A stretch of DNA of 64,000 nucleotides, from assembly GCF_020745735.1 (NCBI RefSeq), contig NW_026867501.1, positions 1-64,000 of the forward strand. The letters run 5' to 3'. This stretch comes from Hemiscyllium ocellatum (taxonomy: Eukaryota). Below are positions 36,701 through 49,910 of this stretch, one piece after another (position 1 is the stretch's first letter; every line of letters begins with the position of its first letter). The notes beneath the pieces were generated by a model. That model ran no database searches. It had not been told where the DNA came from and saw only the letters and a program-made list of their open reading frames with translations. Made by a program: the position numbers and the translations under genes.

Positions 36701-38468
36701 ATTGACAGGTTGACTTGTGAGGTCAGCACGGATACTGGAGATTGTCTGTTTGAGGTGAGAAGAGAAAGAGCCCATTTGACTGACGCACATAAGACCTTGA
36801 GAGTCTTGGCAGCACAAACACGGAAAGAATGTCCTCTCCTTTCGGAGACTATTGAACTCGAATCCACGGGTTGATGATTATGGTTTGAGCATTCAATTTA
36901 GAGATAAAGGTGACGTCTTTTGTCACAGGGACTATAAGGTTTTTTTTTAAATTCTGTTTTCTAAAAGGCACTGTAAGCAGGTCTATGATTTTTTTTCGGT
37001 AATGTTAGATAAAATCCTTGCTTTCAGAATACACATGCATTTTAATCGGGGTAGATGAGAATATGAAAAATTCAGATAAGTCTTGATCTTTTTGAACAAC
37101 AGAATAAACAGTTTTCAAACCAGGAAGTTTGTACGAAACCCAGGTTAAAATGAGGATGTTTCCATATTTTGTTCCAGGATATTGACAATCGACTGTGTTA
37201 TCAGCTGTGAGAGATTGGACTGAAACTCATTGACTATCTCTGAGAAGCGCTCGTTCTGAGTAAATATTAAACCATAATCCTGTTAAGCAGTTCAGGAAAA
37301 TGCTGATGGCCCCCTGTCAGTAAAGGGATGTAGTGAGTGGGGGTTTCCTGAATGAGAAAAAAAAACCAACGTCCTGGCCCAACTTTTTAAACGCAAAGAA
37401 TAGCATCAATGAAACCACATGACCAACTTCTCAGCTCATCTCTCTGGGTGCACGTAGGAAGGCAGACTCTACTCACAGAACAGTCTCCAACCCCACTTCC
37501 TGCAGGTCAGAATCATATAGGAGAGGATTTCACATCCAGTTCAAAGGACTTGCCTTAGCAAGTTAATTTGATCATTCTACAGTCTTTCAGTCCAGCTCTC
37601 AGTTCCTGCACTTTGAAAGATTTTTCAGCTTCCAGGCTGTATGAAGCATCTGCTGAACCTGGCAGCAACACGATGTGAGTCCTTGTCCTTACACTGTTTG
37701 CCTGTTTAGCCGGAAAGTACAGATCCAACAATCTTACACTGTGCCCATTTGGTACAGAGCTTCATGAATCCATGAAAAAAAAACAGACATCGTCTCTGGC
37801 TCAGTTCCATTTTGCGGACTAATATCTCCTTTTTTTAATTTCCAGGATGTGTCTGTCATTCAGTGGTACAGACTCCACCAGCATGCATCAAGGAAGAGTG
37901 TCAGTCTCCCACTATCGACTACATTTTCTATGGTGGTTTCTTTGCATATCCTTTGCAGCAGGGCGAATTCGTCAGATAAACAGACTGGAACAGATCGGGG
38001 CCAAATCTTATCTGGAGGATGGTTTGTTTTGATTTCAAATAGAATAGAAAATGCATTTTCGCCAGACGCTCAGAATGTGAAAAATACTGCCACCTCTTAT
38101 TTTAAATCCTTGTACAGTTATAGCAGTAAGTGATGTGGCTTGGCCTGGCGCGATTTCAAAACTGCCTCTGCAAATTATCACAGAAGAATGTGAAAATTCG
38201 AAACCCATCACCCCTGAGCAGCCCTTATCACCCCCTCTTTCCACCAAATCCGCTGTCCTGGTTCTCATAAAACTGGTTTGTCGTTGTTATGGTTTTTAAC
38301 AATTCTAAATGCTGAGGGGATCTAGTAGTGATGTGTTTTATGGGATAATCGTCAGTGAAACGCTGTTGGGAATGACTGATGCCTTTCAGGATTCACGAAT
38401 ACCTGATGGCACCCAATTCTGAAGCTCGCACCTGAAGTCGCTTTTTACTCAAAAAGTCCACATCTGAC

Positions 38469-38522
38469 CAATACCGGGAGATTTGATGCTGTGCAGAAAT
38501 ATTGTGTTACTGGGTGGAGCCA
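38469..38522 (-). pseudogene. Decayed TCR J-like segment (WLHPVTQYFCTASNLPVL)
   Basis: 54 nt directly abutting a 12-RSS; FCTAS is three single-base changes from FGxGT; GT donor at 38468-38467 in phase 0 rather than phase 1. Confidence 0.5.
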
Positions 38523-38550
38523 CACAGTGGATGAGACCTAAACAAACATC
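38523..38550 (-). promoter_or_regulatory. 12-bp-spacer RSS-like element
   Basis: Plus strand reads CACAGTG + 12 nt + ACAAACATC (perfect heptamer, nonamer 7/9 to ACAAAAACC). Confidence 0.6.
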
Positions 38551-40149
38551 ATACACAATTGCAATAGATATTCTGTTGACCTGTACCCACAAATGCATGC
38601 GGAGAAGTTCGCATCCTGGTTTGATTTTACTGTAATTTCATACTTCTGTTCTCTTTCTTTGACATTATTCTCAATTTCTGCGAAGAGTTCATCTCCAGTT
38701 CACGTTCTCTGAGATTTTAGAATTTCCTCAAGAACAACTTGAATTGATGCATTGTATCAGACTTGGAATCGAGTGCACTGATTCAACTCTCCTCAATACT
38801 GACGCAGAGCCAACTGGTGATTTTCGCCCAGGACATTAAGGTGTCATTAGTTCTTGCATTTGTGTGACCGAGAACATTGTCATTGTAGTGTACAATGGAA
38901 CAGTAGATGGATCCAGAACGGAGGTGACTGTCACAGCTGGCAAGTAACTCCAAACCCGACCGTGTTCAGAACTGTCTAGGAAAAAGCGTACTATTATTGC
39001 ATTCTTGTGATCTATACTTCTTCAATGCAATTTCAGCTAAATTCAACAGATTTCTGAGAGACACGTTTGTTACAAATTTAGATTTGAGAGCAGAATTATC
39101 TGCATGTGTGAAGTCTGGGAGTGACACCCAAGACATGGGCGAATAGGTGTTGTTGACCTCATTTGACACATCCTTGTTCAAAAGGGTCATCAGATGATGC
39201 AACCATAATCCCAGTCTCTCACTCTCACTCAAGTTGATTTGTGTAAAATGGATTCAGGTTACCAAAGCTGTAACACTCACTCACACGTGTTGAGTTGAAC
39301 TTTGCTGTGAAGACAGGAATGTGTTAAAGGAGCTGTCTTCTGTGCAAACGATTTCTTCCCAGTGCTGTCAATGGGAATGTGGAACTAAAAAAGAGCATTT
39401 CCCTTTGCAATTATTGGTATAAAGTCTGGAGGGGTACAAAGCCGAGAAAATGACAGAGGGGGCTTCAGACATCATGACTTTAGCACTATCAGAATTTTAT
39501 TACCGGGCAGGCAGTGACTGAATACAGCTTCATTCTTTGTGACATTTCTTTCAGTTGCGACTATATGTGCAATTATTTTCTTCCTTATTTTAATGTTTGA
39601 GATACTGGTTTTGACTTTCTTTTTACCTCGGATCTCGAATTCCACAGTGAAGTGCCAACAGCGAAATTAGAAAAGACTCCAACTTCCTCTCTATGTTTCA
39701 CTTTTTCATTCATTTGAAAGCAGAAAATCGACGCAGCATCTAATGATTTGACTACAATCTAGATCCTGCCCGTGGATGACAACTTGCCAGTCTCGGGCTG
39801 ACAATACATAGTCTTCACTGAGTTTCGAACTCAGCGTCTCCTCTTGGCTGTGGCTGGTTTCAAAATATTATCGAATTGTCACTGCAAATGTCTCTGATGT
39901 GCCTTCATTTATAACTTGTTTTCAGTCTTCTAGACTGTCTGTTGCCATGCCAATCTTGAACGAGTTTCTCATACAACTGAGGTCATTGATCTAACAGTGG
40001 TGTAAACAGTAGAGATATATACCCATCATTTGTATGATCAGTGCAATTTTATCTATTTTTAGTAATTACAGAGACGAAATAATTTTGAAGGTTATTCCTT
40101 TGCTGATATTGTTTGTTTGGCTTTTCTTTCTGACGTTATTGTAATGTTA

Positions 40150-41040
40150 TCTGGTGTTTGGTCAGAGTGTGGTGTCGAGGGTTGCTTTTCGAATGGAAGG
40201 ACTGCGACCATCGTTGTGCCACAAGGCTCGGTGCCGGTCTCCCAACTTTTTGTCATTATGTATATATGATTTGAATGTGAATAAAAGAGATGTAATTAGT
40301 AAGATTGGAGGTGAAATCAATATTTGTGGTGTAGTAGACAACAATGTAGGCTAATTCAAAATACAATGGAACGTGGATCAGATGGGCTGATGGCTGAAGG
40401 AATGGCAGATGGAGTTCACATTAGATAAAAGTGAAGTGCAAAAATTGAAAAGTGAAAATCAGGGCAGGTTTGCACATTTACTGGTAAGGTTCAGGGGACT
40501 TTTTCTGAATAAGTGATTGTAGATTGCAGGTTCCTTGTTCTTTGAAATTAGATTCAGATGTAGACAATATCGTGAAGAAGGCGTTTGGTACCCTTGCCTT
40601 TTTTTGTCAGTGCATTACATATCCGATGTATGAGACCACATCGCAGCTGTTAAGGACATTGTTTAGGCAAACTTTTGGAATACTACGTTCAAGTCTGGTC
40701 TCCCTGCTATAGGAATGATATTGTGAAACTTAAAACGATTCAGAAAAGATTTATACGGGTTTGGCCAGGCTTGGCGTTTTTCAGATGTTAAGGTACGCTG
40801 AATAGGCTGAGGCTTTTTCCCCGGAACGTCAGAGGGGGAGGTGTTAACTTACAGAAGTTTAAAAAATCATGAGGAAGATGGATCAAGTGATTAGTCAACG
40901 TCTATTTCCCATGGTAAGGGAGTACAAAACGAGAGCGCATATGTTTCAGTTAAGATGGGGTGCGGCAGGTTGTAAAATGATGTTGGGACACCGTTCTCAT
41001 GCAGAGTGTAGGGCATTCATGGAATGAACTGCCAGAGGGA
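40150..41040 (+). mobile_element. Old degenerate CR1-like LINE fragment
   Basis: Remnants such as 'cgtgaagaaggcgtttggtacccttgcc' and 'caagtctggtctccctgctataggaatgat'. Confidence 0.7.
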
Positions 41041-41045
41041 GATGT

Positions 41046-42280
41046 ATAGAACATAGAACAATACAGCACAGAACAGGCCCTTCGGCCCACGATAGTGTGC
41101 CGAAAAGTTGTCCTAGCTTAAGTACCTATCCATGTACCTATCCAATTGCCGCTTAAAGGTCACCAATGATTCTGACTCTGCCACTCCCACAGGCAGCGCA
41201 TTCCATGCTCCCACCACTCTCTGTGTAAAGAACCTACTCCTGACATCCCCCTATACCTTCCACCATTCGCCTTAAATTTATGTCCCCTTGTAACACTCTG
41301 TTGTATACGGGGAAAATGTCTCTGACTGTCTACTTCATCTATTCCCCTGATCATCTTATAAATCTCTATCAAATCACCCCTCATCCTTCACCGTTCCAAT
41401 GAGAAAAGGCCTATCACTCTCAACCTATCCTCGTACGACCTATCCTCCATTCCAGCCAAGATCCTGGTAAATCTCCTCTGCACCCTCGTCAAAGCTTCCA
41501 CATCTTTCCTAAAATGAGGCGACCAGAACTGCACACAGTACTCCAAATGTGGCCTTCCCAGGATCCTATACAGCTTCAACATCACCTCAATATTCTTGAA
41601 TTCAACCCCTCTGCTAATGAACGCTAATACACCATAGGCCTTCTTACAAGCTCTATCCACCTGAGTGGTAATTTTAAAAGATCTGTGAACATAGATCCCA
41701 AGATCCCTCTGCTCCTCCACCTTACTAAGAACCCTAGCGTTAACCCTGTATTCCGCATTCCTATTTGTCCTTCCAAAATGAACAACCTCACAGGGCTGAA
41801 CTCCATCTGCCACTCCTCAGCACAGCTCTGCATCATTTCTAACTCCATTTGCAGCCGACAAGAGCCCTCCTCATTATCCACAACTCCACCAATCTTCGTA
41901 TCGTCTTCAAATTTACTGACACACACTTCGACTCCCTCTTTCAAGTCATTAATAGAAATTACAAACAGCAGAGGACCCACAACTGATCCCTTCGGAACTC
42001 CACTTGTAACTGGGCTCCAGGCTGAATATTTACCATCTACAACCACTCTCTAACTTCAACCGATTAGCCAGTTCTCTATCCAACTGGCCAAACTTCCCAC
42101 TATCCCATGCCTCCTGACTTTCCGCATAAGCCTACCATGGGGAACCTTGTCAAATGCCTTACTAAAATCCATGTACACTACATCCACTGCTCTACCCTCA
42201 TCCACATGCTTGGTCACCTCCACAAAGAATTCAATAAGACTTGTAAGGCAAGACCTACCCCTCACAAGTCCGTTCTGGCT
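41046..42280 (-). mobile_element. CR1-like LINE 3' portion with RT remnants
   Basis: atagaac tail; minus ORFs VYMDFSKAFDKVPHGRL, SGVPKGSVVGPLLF, KFEDDTK and PHLEYCVQFWSP. Confidence 0.92.
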
Positions 42281-44328
42281 GTTACGGGTCTTGCAGTTAC
42301 AACACGAAAAGTCATCTGAATGCATATCTAAATTGGAAGGGTTGGGAGGTATATGGTCCAAATGGTGGCAAATGAAGCTACATTAATTTAGAATATCTGA
42401 TTGTCATGGACGGGTTGGACTGAAGATTCCGAATTTTACATCCCTGATTCGATTATATTGAAATTCAACTGCTCAGTGAAGGGTCACACTTACAAATTGA
42501 ATTACTCTGGATTGCATTATGTTAACTGTATCTTATTACAACTCGGATTGACCTAATTAAACGTATCTATCCCTTAATGGAGCCCATAAGTAATCCGTTT
42601 GTTAGACGTTTGAATACGAAAGGCTCAATGCATTTGGAAATAATGCAAATGATGATGTGAAGACAGGTGAACCACCTTGATATACATGAAATTTACCGCC
42701 CTACTCAGGGCGGAATCTCCAGTTCAGATTAATATACGTTTACATGATCAACTTTGATTTTTTTTTAACACCGCTGAGTATAGGGTTGAGCAGCTATACA
42801 CATTATTTTCAGCGTTAGAACAGCCTGGGCCTCATCTCTAAAGTCAGTGAGGATGAGAAGATTCCATAGAAATCTTTGATCTGGAGTGAATGAATTGCCT
42901 GTGGAGACATTTGTTCCACTGTCTGTCGCTCCAGAACAAAACGCTGCACAGTACAGCTGTATGAAGTTCCAAAACAGCAGATGGATACATTGGGAGGAAT
43001 GCATGCATACAGAGACAGATTTTGAGCATCCGCAATTCCTTGCTTTATTGTTTTGGTGCAAGTTATAATAGAAAACACAGCAAATAATTCTTCTGATGAT
43101 ATCAAAGTAACATTCTGAAAATAAAAAATTGGGAAAATCCATGTTTACTTTTGTTTGCACATTTCAACGAATCGAAACACTGCACAACTTAAACCATTTA
43201 TGTTTGCAAATGAAGCCACAGCACACTTTATTCCGATACCTGAGACACACAGCTGAAAATGGTTCCACTATACAGGATACATTCCAAGCATTTTGTTGAT
43301 CAAGTCTTTTCCCGCTGTAGTCAGTTGCAACAGTATGAAGAACATTGGGAAAATGAGCTTGAACAATCATAGGATCACTCTATTTGGCCTATTGAGGCTA
43401 CACCAAACCTCCAAAGAGCATCCCAACCGTACCCACTGCCTTCCCATCGAATGCTGTATTTCCAATGGCTAATTGGAATCACCTAGCCGAAGCATAGCCA
43501 TAGAGCAAAGTGTATGCTTAAACAGTTCATGTTAGTCTGAGATTCCTACATTATCAGAGACTTAACTGGATATTATTTGTCTCTATTTTGATTGGGAACA
43601 TTGATTGCAGCCAACCAGGAGACTGGCATAAGAATATGAGCTTGTATGCAGCGGGCTGTTAAGATCAGTAATGCACAATCAAGTTGCTGGTAGATAGGAA
43701 TTGTGTTTTTTTTTAATCTCGAATGTAATCGGATAAATCTGTACAGATAAAGAAGATAGTAATTTGAGCAAGTAGAAACATAGGGTAATAAAAAAAGCAA
43801 CACGAATACGTCATTCAGCACCTCGAGCCAGTTCTTCTTTTCAATGTAATTCTGGTTGATCAGGGAGGTCAATACAATAATCCTACCCTCTTCCCATATC
43901 CCTTGATCCCTTTGGATATAAAAGCGAAATTCGATCGAGCATTCGTGAGGGAGAGAGGTAATGAAAATGTCTATGTGAGAGAAAGATAGGGAGCTTGTGT
44001 ATAAGAGACGTAGATAATAAGATTGAGCATGCAAGAGAGAGAAGGCAAGATATGAAGAACCGAATTGTCCCCGAACACTTCATTCCCAATATCTTGTTGC
44101 TTATGCAGCTGTCAATAGTGGGAAATGTTCCAATTCCTCTGGTCAGTTTTTGTCTTTAAATCTCAACACATTTCAATCTGAGCCATAGAAATTGAAGAAT
44201 ATTAATAACTGACTTCGCTGATTATGAGGCTTGTGAATTTTATCATGCCAGCTGATGTCCCTGTTAAAGACGGGCACAACTGGCAAATTAAGAACTAATA
44301 TGCGGCGTGATCGCTAGTGCAATCGATA

Positions 44329-44810
44329 ATGCGCTTCCTGCTGCATCTGGCGATTGCATGCTTGATCCTCACGTGCCTCCAGTGCATTTCTTAGACTCAG
44401 TGTTCATCACTTGTCAAAGTAGACGATTTTTGTTGTACTACTTAAAAAATTCACTGGAAAATAGCTGATGAGAAAAGTTGCTGGTAGGATTCGAACATGT
44501 GCAAGGATAACATTGTTGTTGCATTTATATTGTGGTGACAATCACCAGATGAATGCTGATAATGTTGGTCCAAAGATCGTAATGTGATTTCACCATCGAA
44601 AAAAGCGAATTGACCTGGACTGGCTCCGCTATGATCCCAGAGTTTCCCTGTAATTCTGCTCCTTCTCGTTAATCAGACCTTCGAGGAAATAATAGACTGA
44701 GATTGATAGATGAAGAGAAGGATCGGGTTTTGTGGATCCCTATGTAAACCATCCTCGGGATCAACACGTTTTAGATCGTTAATATATGAATAAGAAACAA
44801 CGTTTTGTCG
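44329..44810 (+). pseudogene. Probable leader + V pseudogene (IgL- or TCR-like)
   Basis: Signal-like MRFLLHLAIACLILT; tat att gtg gtg aca..tca cca (DIVMTQSP-like); CDF...LDWLRYDPRVSL; gatcgg(g)ttttgtggatcc (DRFxGS); needs several frameshifts. Confidence 0.4.
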
Positions 44811-45312
44811 TATTTTCTTATGCAGTGCATGAGGACGTCGCTGGTAAGGCAGCGTTTACTTACCACTCCTAAAAGTGGGCAGTTAAGGCTCAACCATATT
44901 GCTGTGAGTCTGGAGGCAAAAATAGGACAGACAAAGAAAGGATGGCAGTTTCCTTCCCTAAAAGACATCAGTGAACCTGATGGGTTTTTCCGACAATCGA
45001 CAATAGGTTCATAATCATTATGAGATAGACTTTTTAAAATTAAATTCAGATTCTACCATCTATCAGAGCAGGATTCGTAACTGTGCGCCCAGAAATTAAC
45101 CTGGCTCTCTGGATTAACAGGCCATCAGTAATACCAGGAGGTCATCTCCTCCTCGACTCCACCTACATTCTCTGATGAGGGTCAACCTTGTGAGGCAAGA
45201 GAGGGATCACCGAATAACAGCAGGTATAGTTCAGATACAAGCGAGGGGTGAGTATGATGAATCTGAAATAAGCCCTTACTTTGGAATGAAGAAACTTGGT
45301 CAATAAGTAACT

Positions 45313-45505
45313 GTGAGAAGGTGAGGACTGCAGATGCTGGAGATCAAAGAAAGTAGTGTGTTGTTGGAAAGCACAGCCTATCAGACAACATCCGAGGAGC
45401 AAGAAAATGCTGAAGGGCTTCTGCTTGAAATGTCGGTTCTCCTACTGCTCCAGTACTGCCTGACCGTCTGTGCTTTCCAAGCACCACTCTCTTCGACACA
45501 TTCGT
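45313..45505. mobile_element. Degenerate inverted Penelope terminal-repeat dimer
   Basis: Same architecture as 3195-3409, with decayed core gctgaagggcttctgcttgaaatgtc. Confidence 0.55.
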
Positions 45506-46999
45506 AACTGTTCCAAGTTGTCCATGCAAAAGAATAAGAATAGATGGAATAATGTAATTAAAAGCAACAGAAGACAACAGTTCATGACTGACAACAAAGA
45601 TATATCAGTGACGAAGAATGATACTACTAAGAATATAAACCAATCATTGTTAACTCAGAAAGTTAAATGAAAAAATTGAAAAGTACATGTAGACAGATTA
45701 AGGCGCAAAAAAGATTTTTTTTTCTCAAAGAAGTGTTGAAGAAGGAGGTACACTACAAGAAACAATCAAAACCGCATCTACTTGTTTAATAAGTTAGTGA
45801 CCGTTCAGTATGAATTTAATGGGTTGAATATAGAAGGTGGAAACAGAGACAAACCAAACCAGTGATATCGTCTCGTCTCAGGTGCAGAACCCATTTAAAA
45901 CAGCAACTTACTGATTAGGACAACTCCATGCAGCCAATACACACAGCAAACAGTTCCTGGTAGACTTGAGCACGATAATGCAAACTTTCCGTGTCACTTT
46001 TCAATTAATACAAAAAGAGAGAACAGACTTTTTTGTTTGATGTATTCGACCAGAAGACGAAAGTGGGCTCTGTGGTAAAATACAAATAAGAAATGTTCTT
46101 CTCATACTTACTTTGCAAGTACATAGTACTTCGTTACTTATCAGAACTTCAAGCTTCCATGTTAATCTGATGCTTTCTTTTATACTCTGTCAATAAATTT
46201 GCTCAATGTCTCCTTCAGCATTACCCTCTAAACCCACAAACTCTCCACTCAGCATAAAGACAGCAAAACTACTGGAGACCAAGACACTGCAACTTTCACG
46301 CCAAAGCAAGCACACTATTCGAGTTTGAATCTCAGCACGACTCTTGCACAGCAAACAAGTCAAACTTCTGACTCTCCCTTCCTAATCACATTGAGATATA
46401 CCTTCACGAGATTAACTGTCAATGGCATCTTGGCAAGATCACTGGCGTCGCAATCCAATTACTCTGATTCGAGTTTAGACTTCTTGGACCTATCATTCCA
46501 TTTGGAGGTGTTTGATTGCTAATTTTCATAATATAGAGTTAAAGCCCAGTGTATGGAAATGACCGTGAACTTCTCATTGATGTGCTTTTAACACTTTCTT
46601 GAGCAATAGCAATAATTCCTTGTTTGTTACTCAAACCTTCTTGGAATGAAGAGAAATTTGGAAATATTATGATAGGTTCCCTTACTCAAATAAATATAAA
46701 TTCTGAATCCATAGGGTTGCTGAACTGCGAAACGAATGATTCCTCCATTGCTTTATATGTAAACGTTATCTTTCATGCTACTCCTGCCCTCTGATGGTAG
46801 CCAGTTATATTTTCCTTCGCCACGTTCAGAGAAAGTCGACAACCTCGAGTCAGAGAGTCAGAGAGATACAAAGCAAGGAAAGAGTGACTTGGACGACTAG
46901 AAAACCGAAACAAAATCTAGTAACACTTGAAAGCATATTGACTATATCATTCATAGCGCTTCATATTCATATTCAAATTATCTTTAAAATGTTTTAATT

Positions 47000-47310
47000 A
47001 TACCAGCCTCCAACACTTCATCGCACTCCAACGGACTCTATGAAAATTCAGCCCATGCATAAAAATGTTGCACTCTAGGTCCCTTCTAAATCTTTTCACT
47101 CTCACCTTAAACTTATATCCAACAGTTTTGTAGTCCCTCACTTCACGGAAATGAATTGTCCATTCAGCCTATCAATGCCCCGATGATTTCATATACCTCT
47201 ATAAGATCAACCCTCATCCTCCGACCCTCCAGGGAAAACAGCTCCAGCCTGTTCAGCATCTCACAACAGCTCAAACCTTCCAACACTAGCACATCCTTGT
47301 AAATCTTTTG
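47000..47310 (-). mobile_element. Short CR1 3' fragment
   Basis: ctctataagatcaaccctcatcctccg...agcctgttcagc, the reverse complement of the CR1 ORF2 end. Confidence 0.7.
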
Positions 47311-48668
47311 ATCGTGTGTTCAGCTTGCGTGAAGACATCCATACAGTAGTCATTAACAACATGGCATGCATTTCCAAACTAATTATTTTCTGATAGCCAT
47401 CATAACTGTTCGGCATTCCAAATGACTTCTATGAACAAAGTTAATGCGCGAAGTGAACAGACTGCCTGTAGGGGAGTTCAGCAGGGTTCAATTCCAAAAA
47501 ATATTTCCATAATCCTGTAGTATGGATATGTTGGGCCATTGGGGTGTTTCTACACTGTTCTCTGACTGACTCTAACTGTTGGTTCAACGTCTTGACTGAA
47601 TCAACAGGAAGTTAAGACATTATTAGTGTTGGTGGTCCTGAGTTGTCAGACCTTGTTTTGCAACACTGGACAATGACGTACTGAGACAAAGACTGAACAC
47701 TCTTATAAACTTTCCGTGCAGCTGCCTCTCATAAACTCTCATGACAATTCGTGGTTTCCATCAATAGGTTTCAACACTCCTATAACGAAAGAGTTATTCA
47801 GAATTGTGCAGAATGTGTTATCTCCTGAGGGGTGCCAAGTCCCAAGTGCGACCCGTAATCTGCAGAAGCGGATTTAACTTGATTCGAGCATCCACATTCA
47901 AGAATGTCTCTTTCGTGACTCAGTTTCAACATAGGTTTGTTTTATATCAATTGTCATCTGAAGAGGAACCCCGTTGTTCTTTACGGAAGTTAAATTTGCA
48001 GTAGAAAACTGCTGGCAAAGAATGAAACGTTTACATGTAGGATGAAAAATGTTAATTTCCATCCAGACGAACAGCAGAGTGACGAAAACTTTCACTGGCG
48101 GCTCGGACTTACTACTCAGTCATCAAAATATGTTTTTGATTAGGTAATAGTTTACCGATGTGTATTAGATCCCGCTTTCTTATTGACATATTAATCAAGT
48201 CTGCATGATTCTGGATCACTGAATCGATCCTTCATCATTCTAGAACTGGAAGAAACGCCGTACAGCGGCAGTACTCAGTAACACGCAGTGCTTTTGATGT
48301 CATTATACTTTCACGAGTGAGTGATTATTACAATTACATGGCAGGCTATTACCTCTCAACCGAATCCTACAATTCCCCATGTCGTTGGAGGATTCGGTTT
48401 AAACTCGACTGGTTGCTGCATTTTCTACACCACATCATCATTGAAACATTGAAACACCTTTGGGCATCTCAAAACGCACAAAAGAAGTTATTTGTACGTA
48501 ATTCATTGAACTAACAGTATTAATCCATTTTAATCAGATTACTAACTGTTAAATTTTGGTGTTCATACGCGAGGTATATGCTATCACCCTGAACTCGGAT
48601 ACCACTTCAGATCCGCCCCTATTCTCACTGTTTCGTTGACGTGCTATCATGTGCAGTTGCTGTCTGAC

Positions 48669-48707
48669 AGTTTTTGTACGGGGTCAGCCATGTTCCGAGT
48701 CTCTGTG
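48669..48707 (-). promoter_or_regulatory. 23-bp-spacer recombination signal sequence
   Basis: Minus strand reads CACAGAG + exactly 23 nt + ACAAAAACT, directly after YYCALS. Confidence 0.95.
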
Positions 48708-49014
48708 GGGCTCAGTGCGCAGTAATACACTGTGGAGTCTGTAAGTTCTGTTTTCAACACATTCAGCTGGATAGTGCGGTTCACATGATCAAACTTCGAG
48801 GAAATCCGGTCTTCTGGAAGTCTGTCTGCGGTGCTGATATATTGGCTTCTCTTTACGAGAAATTCCATGAAGCCGTTGGAATGCTGCCTGTACCAGAACA
48901 GGGTAGGATCGCTACTTGTTGTAGCTGTGTAATTACAAAATAACAGGACATCATCCCCCTCATTCACTGCGATTGCATCCGGTCGTTGCGTGACGGAATC
49001 TGCACAACAAAGTC
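48708..49014 (-). CDS. TRAV: T-cell receptor alpha/delta-type V exon
   Basis: Acceptor ctcctacag|GA; open frame (G)LCCADSVTQRPDAIAVNEGDDVLLFCNYTATTSSDPTLFWYRQ...LNVLKTELTDSTVYYCALS with conserved Cys, Trp and Cys. Confidence 0.92.
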
Positions 49015-49055
49015 CTGTAGGAGCCAGGAGTGAGAGTAAATTTTAAAGATTACTT

Positions 49056-49441
49056 CACAGAGTCATGGAGATGTACAGCATGGGAACAGACTGTTCGGTC
49101 CTACCAATCCATGCCGAACAGATATCCCAACCCAATCTGATCCCACCTGCCAGTAACCAGCCCATATCCCTCTAAACTCTTCCTATTCATATACCCATCC
49201 AAATGCCTCTTAACAGTTGCAAATGTACCAGCCTCCACCACTTCTACGTAAAAAAAAGTTGCCCCTTCGGTGTTTTTTATATCTTAACCTCAAACTATAC
49301 CTTCTAGTTGTGGACTCCCCCACCCCAGGGAAAATATTTTGTCTATTTACCCTATCCATTTCCCTCATAATTTTATAAACCTCTATAAGGTCACCCCTCA
49401 GCCCGCGACGCTCCAGAGAAAACAGCCACAGCCTGTTCAGC
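49056..49441 (-). mobile_element. CR1 3' fragment inside the leader-V intron
   Basis: cacagagtcatggagatgtacagc tail and ORF2 end; accounts for much of the 896-nt intron. Confidence 0.85.
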
Positions 49442-49910
49442 CTTGAATCAGCCCGTTCACCTTGAAAAGTAAACAGAGAAAGAAGAGGCAGGGAAACTAG
49501 AAAAGGATCAATTTCATGCAACTCAGCGACTGGAACTGTTATGGACTTTTACAGATAAAATAAAATGTTTTTTTTTTAAAACACAGGCCACACTATTAAC
49601 GACATGATTTCCCATTCCCTTTCCGAGAGGATAATTGAAAACAGTCGTTGAGTTTAAAAGTCCTTCCTTTGTCACGTCATTTCAATCGCTTCAGTCCTGT
49701 CTGGATTCCCAGCCAAGCTGTTCCCCTGTCATTGTCCAAGCGTAGTCGTTAATTTCTCCCAGGCTTTGTATAGTTTTCGGAAATCTTAGACGCAGGTGAT
49801 TTTCATCTGTGGAGAATGTGTTTCTGCCTTGCTGTTGCCCGAAGTGCTCAAATCAATGTATATCCCGGCAAAGACCTGAAGCATAAAAGTTCCACAAGTT
49901 TTGAACATAC

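Noticed and set aside
38170-38330. KLVCRCYGF* resembling a C1-domain B strand on the plus strand
   Set aside because: Isolated motif with stops, in conflict with the neighbouring readings; cannot be supported without a profile search
43573-44034. 153-aa minus-strand ORF
   Set aside because: Runs through low-complexity CT-rich sequence and a LINE tail; no domain
46028-46074. CACAGAG heptamer with an ACAAAAAAG-like nonamer on the minus strand
   Set aside because: The spacer is 31 nt, not 12 or 23, and there is no convincing coding segment
46110-46400. C1-like words (SLTCLL; LTWKLEVLISNEVLCTCKV) on the minus strand
   Set aside because: No plausible exon start, and motif spacing is unconvincing
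47815-47860. J-like HLGLGTPQEI on the minus strand
   Set aside because: No adjacent RSS or splice donor
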